A DNA stretch of 64,000 nt from Candidatus Wildermuthbacteria bacterium (GTDB lineage: Bacteria; Patescibacteriota; Minisyncoccia; Minisyncoccales; UBA10102), in assembly GCA_016186115.1 (NCBI GenBank), contig JACPMK010000002.1:136983-200982 (forward strand), read 5' to 3'. Made by a program: the position numbers and the translations under genes. The notes beneath the pieces were generated by a model. The model was not told where the DNA came from, did not search any database, and was given only the letters and a program-made list of their open reading frames with translations. The stretch's first letter is position 1. Each line of letters begins with the position of its first letter. Of this stretch, positions 11,749-20,678 are shown in pieces.

Positions 11749-12306
11749 TTATACTTCCGTTATTTCTTTGATCTTGCGATTGACAAGATCTTCGATTTTT
11801 TGAGTGTATTGATCAACAACCTTCTGCAGATCGTCTTTGGCTTTGAATTTATCATCTTCCCGGATTTCGCCCCCACGCGCTTGTTCCTGAATTTGAGACC
11901 AGACCTCTTCACGCAATCTCCGAAGGCCCTGCTTTGCTTCTTCTTTTTTCTCGGAAACAATCCGCAAAAGTTTCTCGCGATATTCCTGGGTAAGCGCGGG
12001 AAGCTGAAGACGGATATATTCTTTTTCGACAATAGGATTTGCGCCCAGCGATTCCCGTGTCAACGCTTTTTCAATGGGCTTTGCATAAGAAGCATCCCAT
12101 GGCTGAATAAGGATCTGCCTGCGCTCCGGGCAAGAAATTGCAGCCAATTGTTTTAACGACATCTTTTGCCCGAACACTTCTACCGCCACATCCTCTACCA
12201 ATGACGGAGTCGCCTGCCCGGTACGCAATTTCAAGAGCTCCCGCGAAAAAAATTCAATTGCCTTCTCAAACTCCGGCTTTGTATGTTCGATAATTTGGAT
12301 CGCCAT
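11749..12306 (-). CDS. frr: ribosome recycling factor
   Basis: 185-aa ORF with length and sequence pattern typical of RRF. Confidence 0.9.
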   Translation of the reverse strand: MAIQIIEHTKPEFEKAIEFFSRELLKLRTGQATPSLVEDVAVEVFGQKMSLKQLAAISCPERRQILIQPWDASYAKPIEKALTRESLGANPIVEKEYIRLQLPALTQEYREKLLRIVSEKKEEAKQGLRRLREEVWSQIQEQARGGEIREDDKFKAKDDLQKVVDQYTQKIEDLVNRKIKEITEV

Positions 12307-12313
12307 ATCCCTT

Positions 12314-13126
12314 TTATAATTCTATCATAACTTGTTCAAGCGCAAGCCGCACGCTGACATTTGTATACTTTATATAACGGATCGCCTCCTGCACAAGGGT
12401 AGCCAAGGAAAACAGACGCCGGATCCGAAGAATTTCTCCCCTGCTTTTTACTTCCTCAAAAAGCACGACACGAAGGTAGCCGAGCATGTCTTGGAGAAAA
12501 GCAAGCGATTGAACCTGCGATTCTGCAATCTCTGCCGCAAAGGAGAACCGGTCTTTTAAAAGGGACTGCTCGAGTTTGGAAAAAACTCTGGGAATCTCGC
12601 TTCCAGTGCGCTGGGAAGCCAAGGCAAGAGGAGAAAATTGATAAAAGGGTATCATCTGAACCCGCGACCGGATTGTTTCCAATAAAAGATTCGGGTAAGC
12701 AGAAAATAAAATGAAAAGCGCGTTGCCCGGAGGTTCCTCAAGAATTTTTAAAAATGCGGATTGAGCGGTCTTGTTCATCTTGTCTGCTTCTTCAATCAGT
12801 ACTCCTTTGAAGGAAGAGGCGTAGGGAGCAAAACTTACGCATGTTGCGATCTTGCGAATGCTGCCAACAGAAATTTCTTTCCCCTCTTCCGGCTGGACAT
12901 GCAACACATCGGGAAACCGATCACCCGCAATTGCTTTGCAGGGAATGCAATCATGGCAAGGTCTTTTTTCTTTATCATGATGAACGCATGCGAGCATTTG
13001 AAAAATCCGAAGAGCAACTTCTTTTTTCTTCTCCGTATCATTTCCTAAAAACAAATACGCATGGGCAAGTGCATTATTCCTGGCAAGGCGATATACATAT
13101 TGCTCCTGAAGTGATGATTTCTCCAT
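12314..13126 (-). CDS. holB: DNA polymerase III delta-prime subunit-like clamp-loader protein
   Basis: 270-aa ORF with HAYLFLG, a Cys cluster (C..HHD...CHDCIPC) and the SRVQ sensor motif. Confidence 0.7.
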   Translation of the reverse strand: MEKSSLQEQYVYRLARNNALAHAYLFLGNDTEKKKEVALRIFQMLACVHHDKEKRPCHDCIPCKAIAGDRFPDVLHVQPEEGKEISVGSIRKIATCVSFAPYASSFKGVLIEEADKMNKTAQSAFLKILEEPPGNALFILFSAYPNLLLETIRSRVQMIPFYQFSPLALASQRTGSEIPRVFSKLEQSLLKDRFSFAAEIAESQVQSLAFLQDMLGYLRVVLFEEVKSRGEILRIRRLFSLATLVQEAIRYIKYTNVSVRLALEQVMIEL

Positions 13127-13129
13127 ACC

Positions 13130-14137
13130 CTATCGCTTGGCCATGATGCTTTGTTTATAAATATCAAGGTTGTCCAAAATCGTTCCGGCTCCCCTTGCGA
13201 CGCAAAGCAACGGGTTTTCTGCAACAAAGCAAGGAACTCCGATAAATTGAGCAATAAGTTGATCAATATTACGAAGCTGGGCGCTCCCTCCCGTAAGCAC
13301 CATCCCTTTATCCATAATATCTGCCGAAAGCTCGGGGGGCGTGTCGCGGAGCACGGTCTTGACCGTCTGGACAATTTCACCAAGGGGTTCTGCGATTGCT
13401 TCTGCAACCTCGTTGGAAACAATGCGCATATTCTTGGGAAGCCCCTGCACAAAATCACGTCCGCGAATCTCAATGGTTGACTCTTTCTTTTCCGGAATTG
13501 CAATGCCGATTTTTATTTTAATGTCCTCTGCGGTTTGTTCACCGATCGCAAGATTATATTTGCGCTTGATGTAATCAGTAATTGCCTGATCGAGTTTGTC
13601 TCCCGCGACCCGCAAAGAAGTGGCGACAACAATACCGCCAAGCGAAATGACGGCGACCTCTGTTGTTCCCCCGCCAATATTCACAACCATATGCCCGGAG
13701 GAAGAATTAATGGGAATGCCAGCTCCTATCGCAGCCAAAATGGGTTCCTTGACCACATAGGCAGCTTTCGCTCCCGCTCTCAAGGTTGCCTCAATCACCG
13801 CTCTCTTCTCTGTGGAAGTGATGCCCGCAGGAACAGAAACCAATACTTCGGGTTTGAAAAATTGGTATTTCGGAAGAATCTTTTTTAAAAAATAACGTAT
13901 CATTGCAAGCGTCACCCGAAAATCCGCAATAACCCCCTCACGCATCGGCCGATACACACGGATGGTGTCCGGAGTGCGTCCGGTCATTTCTTTTGCCTCC
14001 TCCCCTACTGCCATAATTTTGTTCTCTGCCAAGGAAACCGCAACAACAGATGGTTCGTTTAAAACCACGCCTTTCCCCGGAATGAATACCAATGAATTAC
14101 ACGTTCCAAGATCAATTCCAATTTTTGTGATAAACAT
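13130..14137 (-). CDS. mreB: MreB-like actin homologue (paralogue 2)
   Basis: 335-aa ORF with GIDLGTCNSLVF and VNIGGGTTEVAVISLGG. Confidence 0.85.
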   Translation of the reverse strand: MFITKIGIDLGTCNSLVFIPGKGVVLNEPSVVAVSLAENKIMAVGEEAKEMTGRTPDTIRVYRPMREGVIADFRVTLAMIRYFLKKILPKYQFFKPEVLVSVPAGITSTEKRAVIEATLRAGAKAAYVVKEPILAAIGAGIPINSSSGHMVVNIGGGTTEVAVISLGGIVVATSLRVAGDKLDQAITDYIKRKYNLAIGEQTAEDIKIKIGIAIPEKKESTIEIRGRDFVQGLPKNMRIVSNEVAEAIAEPLGEIVQTVKTVLRDTPPELSADIMDKGMVLTGGSAQLRNIDQLIAQFIGVPCFVAENPLLCVARGAGTILDNLDIYKQSIMAKR

Positions 14138-14143
14138 ATCGCT

Positions 14144-15424
14144 TTACTCTTCGACACGTTGGATATCTCCTCCCAATTTCTGGATTCTTTTTTCAATCTC
14201 TTCATAGCCGCGATCAATCTGATATACATTCGAAATCGCGCTCTGGCCTTTTGCAATAAGAGCTGCCGTAATTAACGCCGCTCCTCCGCGCAAATCTGAA
14301 GCAGTGATTTCGGCGCCGTATAATTTCGTAGGCCCATTAATAATAGCACGATGAGGATCTGTAAGATAAATCTCTGCTCCCATTTTGTTTAATTCTTCCA
14401 AGTATTTCAGTCGCCCTTCGTAGAGAGGATCATGCAGAAGAGTGGACCCCTTTGTCTGCGTTGCCAGCACTCCGAATGGGCTTTGCAAATCAGAATGAAT
14501 CCCCGGATAAATAAAATACTGAATTTTTCCGATGTGAACATTCTTGGATGGAGAAACCCGTACAGTCCCCACCCCATTTTTCTGGCTTATAACCTCTACA
14601 TTCACGCCAAAATCCTTCAGGCGTTTTAAAAATAAATCGAGAAACGAAAGCTCCACGTTCGCTATCGTAATCTCTCCGCGAAGGGCCGCAGCCATAAGAA
14701 TAAACGTGCCGGCTTCTGTGGGATCATACAAAAGACGATGCTCAAATCCACGCAATGACTTCCTGCCCGTGATTTTCAACGTGTGAAGGCCGATCATTTC
14801 AACCGATGCCCCCATTTTCGTCAATACTCTTATGAGTTCTTGCACCTGATAGTCAAAGTCCGCAATTTTAAGGATAACAGGAACAGAAATGAGAGCAGCA
14901 AAAAGCAGCACATTTTCGGTTGCGGTAACAGAAAACTCATTAAGAATAACCTCCATTTGCTTTCTGGGCCTTGTCTTCAACTCCACTTCAAAGCCCTCTT
15001 TCTTTGGAACAATTACAGCTCCTATTTGGCGAAAGGCATCAAGATGAGTATCGATGGGTCGTGCTCCAATCACACATCCTCCTGGCTGCGGCAAATAGAT
15101 CTTTCCAAAACGGGCAAGCAAAGGGCCTAAAAATAAAATGGAGCCGCGTAAACGCTTTACGAGCACCTTGTCAATTTTTGCAGGATCCAATGCTTTGGTA
15201 TTGATCCGGATTGTTCTCTCGCCCAGCCAATCAACTCTTGCATTCATGCTTTTCAAAATCTCGATCATGCGGAACACATCTTCAATACGCGGAAGATTAT
15301 CAATAAGCACGTTCTCTTTTGTCAAAATGGATGCGGCCAGCAAAGGAAACGCAGCATTTTTTGCGCCTCTTACATCAATTTCACCATCCAATTTTCTGCC
15401 ACCCACGACAATAAATTTTTCCAT
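14144..15424 (-). CDS. murA: UDP-N-acetylglucosamine 1-carboxyvinyltransferase
   Basis: 426-aa ORF. The N-terminus KLDGEIDVRGAKNAAFPLLAASIL is typical of MurA. Confidence 0.95.
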   Translation of the reverse strand: MEKFIVVGGRKLDGEIDVRGAKNAAFPLLAASILTKENVLIDNLPRIEDVFRMIEILKSMNARVDWLGERTIRINTKALDPAKIDKVLVKRLRGSILFLGPLLARFGKIYLPQPGGCVIGARPIDTHLDAFRQIGAVIVPKKEGFEVELKTRPRKQMEVILNEFSVTATENVLLFAALISVPVILKIADFDYQVQELIRVLTKMGASVEMIGLHTLKITGRKSLRGFEHRLLYDPTEAGTFILMAAALRGEITIANVELSFLDLFLKRLKDFGVNVEVISQKNGVGTVRVSPSKNVHIGKIQYFIYPGIHSDLQSPFGVLATQTKGSTLLHDPLYEGRLKYLEELNKMGAEIYLTDPHRAIINGPTKLYGAEITASDLRGGAALITAALIAKGQSAISNVYQIDRGYEEIEKRIQKLGGDIQRVEE

Positions 15425-15461
15425 GAGAAATGATCGAGATATTCTCCAGCAGTCAAATCAT

Positions 15462-15490
15462 ATTGTACCCTATTACTCTATAATTGACAA
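15462..15490 (-). promoter_or_regulatory. sigma70-type promoter of murA
   Basis: Minus strand reads TTGTCA, 17 nt, TACAAT. It overlaps a plus-strand TATAAT at 15479-15484. Confidence 0.5.
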
Positions 15491-15493
15491 GCC

Positions 15494-16927
15494 GTGAAAT
15501 ACCCTTCGTTGAAGGGCGGGGACAGATACCCTATAATGATTGTGATGACGAAAATGCAGCGCACAATTTTATTTGCTGTTTTTACTATTATTTTTTTGAT
15601 ACTGGCACCCACGATTGTGCTGTATTCGCAAGGATACCGTATGGATTGGGAGAAAAAAAAGATTACCCAAACAGGAGCATTCTCATTTAAAGCGCTGCCG
15701 CCGAGAGCCGATATCTTTGTGAATGGAAAACTTATCAAAAAAACAAATTTTTTTCTCGGCTCTGCTACGACTTCCACATTTCTTCCCGGAGAATATAAAG
15801 TAAGAATAGAAAAAGAGGGGTATTATCCGTGGGAAAAAACATTAGAGATTACTCCGCGCGGAGTAACGGAAGCAAAATTTATTGTTCTATTCCCAAAAGC
15901 AGTAACCTTTTCTTCGACAGCAGAAAACATTGAAGGGTTCTGGCCTTCACCTGATCAAAAATGGGCAATTATCGAAACAAAATCTCTCCAGCAAGTTTCT
16001 CTTTCCATTCAAAACCTTGCCACAAAAGAATTAATCTCCCTGGAAAAAGATACTGCAGATTCTGTCAAAAGTGTATCGTGGGATGCAACCTCCCAGCGAT
16101 TTTTTATTCAATTCCAATCAGGAAATACAAGAATTCAATCAATAAGTTCGAACATGCAAGCATGTCGCCAAATTCCTTGTGATCTCGGATTTTTAGAGGG
16201 CTCCATTGAAAAAGCAGAATTCTTGCCCACACAGGAATCGAGAATCGTTTTATTGCAGAATACAGGAAATTCTCAAATTCTTTCCGCGGTGGACTACGCA
16301 AACCAGCAGATCATCTCTCTCGATACCAACGTACTTGCATTTGTCCTTTTGGGAAATACCGTTGACTGGCTTGACGCTACCGGCACTATCTGGCAAAAAC
16401 AGCTCGACACGAATTCTCCAGCCCAAAAACTAACGCATACCCCCTTCTCCGTCAAGGATGCCCAACCCTATGAACTTTTTCTATGGCGAGGGACTCTCTT
16501 TATCAAAGAAGGAAAGCAGCTCTTTAGATTTATATATCCCGAACGGCTCTTTGAAAAAATCTTCGATCAGATTGAATTTCAACAGCTTGATCCAAGAGAC
16601 GAAAAGATTCTTATCGTACGCAACTCTGAACTATGGCTCTACTATCTTATTGACGAATATGAACAGCCCCAAAAACGAAGAGGAGAAAAAGTATTTCTCA
16701 CCCGATTTGGGCAACCTATCCGCTCTCCTCAATGGATGAACGGATCCTATATCGCTTTTGGGTTAGATAACGCAATCAAAATCATTGAAACAGACGACCG
16801 CGATGGAATCAATATGGTAGACATCGGCATCCTTTCTGCAAAAAAAATTTTCTGGGATGCAAATACAAAGTCGCTCATTGTGTTGAGCGACCGTACGCTT
16901 CTCACTTCAGAAAGAATTATTCGATAA
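15494..16927 (+). CDS. membrane-anchored PEGA-domain protein with beta-rich C-terminal region
   Basis: 477-aa ORF starting at GTG 15494 (alternative ATG at 15536). It has an N-terminal transmembrane helix and a PEGA-like motif (DIFVNGKL...LPGEYKVRIEKEGYYPWE). Confidence 0.7.
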   Translation: MKYPSLKGGDRYPIMIVMTKMQRTILFAVFTIIFLILAPTIVLYSQGYRMDWEKKKITQTGAFSFKALPPRADIFVNGKLIKKTNFFLGSATTSTFLPGEYKVRIEKEGYYPWEKTLEITPRGVTEAKFIVLFPKAVTFSSTAENIEGFWPSPDQKWAIIETKSLQQVSLSIQNLATKELISLEKDTADSVKSVSWDATSQRFFIQFQSGNTRIQSISSNMQACRQIPCDLGFLEGSIEKAEFLPTQESRIVLLQNTGNSQILSAVDYANQQIISLDTNVLAFVLLGNTVDWLDATGTIWQKQLDTNSPAQKLTHTPFSVKDAQPYELFLWRGTLFIKEGKQLFRFIYPERLFEKIFDQIEFQQLDPRDEKILIVRNSELWLYYLIDEYEQPQKRRGEKVFLTRFGQPIRSPQWMNGSYIAFGLDNAIKIIETDDRDGINMVDIGILSAKKIFWDANTKSLIVLSDRTLLTSERIIR

Positions 16928-16933
16928 GAGGTT

Positions 16934-17407
16934 CTATCTCTTCCGCCATTGGCGCGCCCGGCGTGCGCCGCGAAGACCAAACTTTTTGCGTTCTTTTGCG
17001 CGAGGGTCACGCGTAAGAAAACCAAGCCCTTTTAATTGAGTTCTCAAGTCACTATTATATTGTACCAATGCTCTGGCAAGGCCATGGCGGATTGCCTCTG
17101 CCTGCGCTTCTTTTCCCCCTCCCTGCACCAACACCGACACTCCAAATTGGGAAAGAAGCCCGGTTTTCTCCAAAGAATCAAGGGCTGTTTTTGTATAATC
17201 ATTTTCCTGAAAATAATCCGAAGGAGATTTTTGATTAATCAAAAATGTTTTTTCAGCAGCAGCATCAGAAATGCGCACCCGCGCAATCGCGGTTTTCCTT
17301 CGCCCAATACCTTCGTAATAATGCGAAGGGGCATGGATTTTTTCTTGTGTCGATCCTTCAGTTTGTGATTTTGCTTTTGTTCTTGGCATAGAGATTTTAT
17401 TCTTCAA
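16934..17407 (-). CDS. rpsI: 30S ribosomal protein S9 (N-terminally extended)
   Basis: 157-aa ORF with YYEGIGRRKTAIARVRI and a C-terminal ...RARQWRKR. An alternative start lies at 17389. Confidence 0.9.
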   Translation of the reverse strand: MKNKISMPRTKAKSQTEGSTQEKIHAPSHYYEGIGRRKTAIARVRISDAAAEKTFLINQKSPSDYFQENDYTKTALDSLEKTGLLSQFGVSVLVQGGGKEAQAEAIRHGLARALVQYNSDLRTQLKGLGFLTRDPRAKERKKFGLRGARRARQWRKR

Positions 17408-17747
17408 TCTTTAAGCGCTTGATTTGCAATCCGCGAAGCCGATTATTGGGAAGCATACGAAGCACTGCAAGACGAAGAACTTGCTTTGGATCTTTTTCAA
17501 AAAATTCACGCAGGCGCTTGGCATGAATCCCGCCGGGGTATCCGGAATGACGATAATAAAATTTCTGCGTTTCCTTCCTTCCTGTAATACGAATCTGTGT
17601 AATATTTTTAACCACAACAAAGTCGCCCTCATCTTTATAAGGAACGAACTGGGCTCTTTGTTTCCCGCGTAAAAATGTTGCTACCTCAACCGCAACCCTT
17701 CCCAAGCTCCTGTTTCGCGCATCAATTGTATGGGTCTGACGCTCCAT
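17397..17747 (-). CDS. rplM: 50S ribosomal protein L13
   Basis: 116-aa ORF with an L13-like sequence, located upstream of rpsI. Confidence 0.9.
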   Translation of the reverse strand: MERQTHTIDARNRSLGRVAVEVATFLRGKQRAQFVPYKDEGDFVVVKNITQIRITGRKETQKFYYRHSGYPGGIHAKRLREFFEKDPKQVLRLAVLRMLPNNRLRGLQIKRLKIEE

Positions 17748-17752
17748 AATAG

Positions 17753-18103
17753 TTATTTTACAAATTCTACGATAACCATTTTTGCACCATCAGAACTGCG
17801 AGGCGTGAGTTTTATAACCCTTGTATAGCCGCCGGGTCGTTCTTTGTAGCGCGGTGCAATATCATTCATAAGCTTTTTTACTGTCGGGGGATCAAAAGAA
17901 CGTGCAAGCTCGCGGTGAACCAGCACTCCTCCTTTTCTTGCCTTTGTAACTAACCGCTCCACAAGCCGAGCAAGCTCTTTTCCTCTCGTCTCGGTAGTAG
18001 TAATGCGTTCTGACACAAGCAAAGCCCGCGCCAAAGAACGAAGGAATGCTCTGCGCGGTTCGGCTTTTCTCGAAAACTTTTTTCCTTCAACTCGTTTTCG
18101 CAT
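17753..18103 (-). CDS. rplQ: 50S ribosomal protein L17
   Basis: 116-aa ORF with the L17 pattern, located downstream of rpoA. Confidence 0.9.
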   Translation of the reverse strand: MRKRVEGKKFSRKAEPRRAFLRSLARALLVSERITTTETRGKELARLVERLVTKARKGGVLVHRELARSFDPPTVKKLMNDIAPRYKERPGGYTRVIKLTPRSSDGAKMVIVEFVK

Positions 18104-18108
18104 AACAA

Positions 18109-18900
18109 TTACTTCTTAGTATTCTTTGCCGCCTTTTTGGGTTTAGCTATTTTTTGCTTTTTCTCTTTGGCAGATTTTTCTTTTTTTTCTTCCGCATTCG
18201 GCAATTTCGTTTCTTCCTCTTGCAAAGAAGAAATCGCGATTTGAAATTCTTTCAATAAAATATCAACAGCCCGATACAATGCGGTCTCCGGGCTCATAGT
18301 TCCATCGGTAGTAATCTCAATGGTAAGACGATCAAAATCTGTCCGCTCGCCCACCCGCATATTGTCCACACGATAGTTTACTCTTCGAGCAGGAGTAAAG
18401 ATCGCATCCAGCAAAATGATCCCGATATCTGTTTTCTTTGCTTTCTGCGCCTGAACAGGAAGATATCCCGTGCCTTTTTCAACCTGAATCTCCATTTCGA
18501 GCTCTGCATTTTTATCAGAAAGAGAGGCAATGGGAATATCCTTATTAACGAGTTCGAGCTGGGGAGGAAAAACAAAATCAGAACCCTTCACTTCTTTTTC
18601 TCCCTTCACTTTGAGAATAGCGGTTTGGGGATCTTGGCCATGCAAAATAAAACGCATCTGTTTCAAATTCAAAATAACGTGCAGCACATCCTCAATAACC
18701 CCGGGAATTGTCGAAAATTCATGAGGCACTCCCTTGATACGTACTTGAGTGATCGCAGCGCCCTCCAGCGAAGAAAGAAGCACTCTCCGCAAGCTATTGC
18801 CAATGGTAACTCCATAGCCCGGATACAATGCCTCAATCTCAAACACGCCCTTTGTAGCTGTTTTTTCTAAAACTTTTGTTGGTTGTGATAAAGGAATCAT
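18109..18900 (-). CDS. rpoA: DNA-directed RNA polymerase alpha subunit, N-terminal domain only plus Lys-rich tail
   Basis: I placed the start at ATG 18900 (MIPLSQPTKV...) because the longer ORF to 19017 overlaps rpsD. The protein is 263 aa: the alpha-NTD is followed by EEKKEKSAKEKKQKIAKPKKAAKNTKK. rplQ starts 5 nt after the stop. Confidence 0.85.
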   Translation of the reverse strand: MIPLSQPTKVLEKTATKGVFEIEALYPGYGVTIGNSLRRVLLSSLEGAAITQVRIKGVPHEFSTIPGVIEDVLHVILNLKQMRFILHGQDPQTAILKVKGEKEVKGSDFVFPPQLELVNKDIPIASLSDKNAELEMEIQVEKGTGYLPVQAQKAKKTDIGIILLDAIFTPARRVNYRVDNMRVGERTDFDRLTIEITTDGTMSPETALYRAVDILLKEFQIAISSLQEEETKLPNAEEKKEKSAKEKKQKIAKPKKAAKNTKK

Positions 18901-18907
18901 ATTTTTA

Positions 18908-19438
18908 TTATCTTGAGTAGAATTCGAAAATAAGTGGTAATTCGACCGTTGCAGATGCTTCCTCCAGCGTTGGCTCGCGAAGCATTTTTGCTTCCATTTT
19001 TTCACTATTGAGCTCAAGCCACGCAGGGGGCTGATACTTTTTCAGCCCAAGCTGAATATTTTTAAAAAGTTCTTTTTTTAAAGAAGAGGGACGAACGGAA
19101 ACCACATCTTCAAGCTCCACCTGATACGAAGGGACATCAATCGGCTTCCCGTTGACCACAAAATGGCCATGCGTTACCAATTGCCTTGCCTGCGCTCTCG
19201 TTTGTGCCATCCCCATACGAAATACGACACTATCAAGCCGTCTCTCAAGCGTACGCATTAATAACTCCAAAGCATTGCCGCTCCCCTTGCGACCCAACAA
19301 AAGGGCTTTCTTCACATAATTCCGAAACTGACGCTCACGAAGCGCGTATTGCATTTTGAGCGTTTGTTTTTCTTTCAATTGCCGTCCATATTCAGAAAGC
19401 GGAGCCGGGGCTCGTTTTCTTACAACTCCTTTTTGCAT
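18908..19438 (-). CDS. rpsD: 30S ribosomal protein S4
   Basis: 176-aa ORF with the S4 pattern in the expected alpha-operon position. Confidence 0.9.
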   Translation of the reverse strand: MQKGVVRKRAPAPLSEYGRQLKEKQTLKMQYALRERQFRNYVKKALLLGRKGSGNALELLMRTLERRLDSVVFRMGMAQTRAQARQLVTHGHFVVNGKPIDVPSYQVELEDVVSVRPSSLKKELFKNIQLGLKKYQPPAWLELNSEKMEAKMLREPTLEEASATVELPLIFEFYSR

Positions 19439-19444
19439 ATAAAT

Positions 19445-19900
19445 TTATACTCTTCGTAATCGTGGGGCTTTGGGACCATTATGAGGCACTGGCGTAATAT
19501 CGGCTATACTTATGATTTCGAAATTTCTTGCTCCCAATGCTCGCAATGCAGAATCGCGTCCCGGCCCTATGCCCTTGATAAATACATGAACCCTTTCAAT
19601 TCCTTTATTTGCAATCATTTGTGCGATTGTCTCGGCAACTTTTGAAGCAGCGAACGGCGTTGATTTTTTTGTTCCTTTGAATCCAATCTTTCCTGCGCTT
19701 ACTTGAGAAAGCACCCTGCCTTGGGTGTCCGTAAGCGAAATTAAGGTATTGTTGTAAGAGGAATAAACATAAACACGGCCTTCTTTTATTGCCACCCTAG
19801 AGGGAACTGCTCCTGTTTGAGCTGACACCTTTTCGTCAACACCCTTTCTCTCTTCAACCAGCTCTTCTCCACTTTTTCTTATGATACGTTTTTTACCCAT
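19445..19900 (-). CDS. rpsK: 30S ribosomal protein S11
   Basis: 151-aa ORF with the S11 pattern (...DITPVPHNGPKAPRLRRV). Confidence 0.9.
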   Translation of the reverse strand: MGKKRIIRKSGEELVEERKGVDEKVSAQTGAVPSRVAIKEGRVYVYSSYNNTLISLTDTQGRVLSQVSAGKIGFKGTKKSTPFAASKVAETIAQMIANKGIERVHVFIKGIGPGRDSALRALGARNFEIISIADITPVPHNGPKAPRLRRV

Positions 19901-19901
19901 A

Positions 19902-20291
19902 TTAGGTTGGACTTGGCGGCGGTTTTCTGCCGGAGGTTACTGTCTTTCTTACATTGCCCCGCACCGTACGAGTATTTGTCTTTGTACGCTGTCCGCGAAC
20001 CGGAAGCCGCTTCATGTGGCGCAGACCTCTCCATGTGCCTACATCCTTTAACCGTTTGATATTCATCAATAATTCTCTGCGAAGCTCTCCTTCGATTTTA
20101 TAATGCCCCTCAATTTTTTCCTTTAATTTATTCAATTCATCGGGTTGCAGTTCACTGGTACGTCTATCCGCATCAATTCCGGCGTCACGCAAGATTCTGC
20201 GACTTAAAGAAGGGCCTATCCCGTAAATATAGGTTAACGCAATTTCAATTTTCTTATTATCGGGGATATGCACCCCTGCAAGTCGCGCCAT
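19902..20291 (-). CDS. rpsM: 30S ribosomal protein S13
   Basis: 129-aa ORF starting MARLAGVHIPDNKKIEIALTYIYGIG. Confidence 0.95.
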   Translation of the reverse strand: MARLAGVHIPDNKKIEIALTYIYGIGPSLSRRILRDAGIDADRRTSELQPDELNKLKEKIEGHYKIEGELRRELLMNIKRLKDVGTWRGLRHMKRLPVRGQRTKTNTRTVRGNVRKTVTSGRKPPPSPT

Positions 20292-20293
20292 AA

Positions 20294-20407
20294 TTATCCC
20301 TGTCTTTGTTTATGCTTAGGATTTTTACAAACAATATAGATTCTTCCCCTTCTCTTCACAACCTTGCAATCTTTGCACATTTTTTTTACGGATGATCGTA
20401 TCTTCAT
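20294..20407 (-). CDS. rpmJ: 50S ribosomal protein L36
   Basis: Manual translation gives [37 protein letters not shown] (37 aa). It is too short for the ORF track. Confidence 0.9.
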   Translation of the reverse strand: MKIRSSVKKMCKDCKVVKRRGRIYIVCKNPKHKQRQG

Positions 20408-20409
20408 AT

Positions 20410-20634
20410 CTATTTTTCGCGATATACAATTCTTCCCTTTGTTTTATCGTAAGGGCTCACTTCCACCGTAACCCTGTCGCCGGGGAGAACCCGAATTCTG
20501 TGCACTACAAGTTTACCCGATAAATACGCGAGGATTTCTGTGCCGTCATCAAGTGTAACGCGAAATTGTAAATTTGGCAAGGTCTCTACTACCTGTCCTG
20601 ACAGACGGCTTACTTTTTTGTTCGGGTCCATCAT
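20410..20634 (-). CDS. infA: translation initiation factor IF-1
   Basis: 74-aa ORF with an S1-like IF-1 sequence. Confidence 0.9.
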   Translation of the reverse strand: MMDPNKKVSRLSGQVVETLPNLQFRVTLDDGTEILAYLSGKLVVHRIRVLPGDRVTVEVSPYDKTKGRIVYREK

Positions 20635-20678
20635 TCAAAAATCACAATGATTCATAGTACCAGAAAAGAGAGCGCTCG

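Noticed and set aside
18901-19017. N-terminally extended ORF versions: rpoA to 19017, rplF to 35983, rpsJ to 43111, mnmA to 26268, the M50 protease to 48572, alaS to 24868, rpsQ to 38051, and rplN to 37788.
   Set aside because: The extensions overlap the preceding gene or a terminator hairpin and do not resemble the conserved N-termini. Internal ATGs give canonical N-termini and tight gene spacing.
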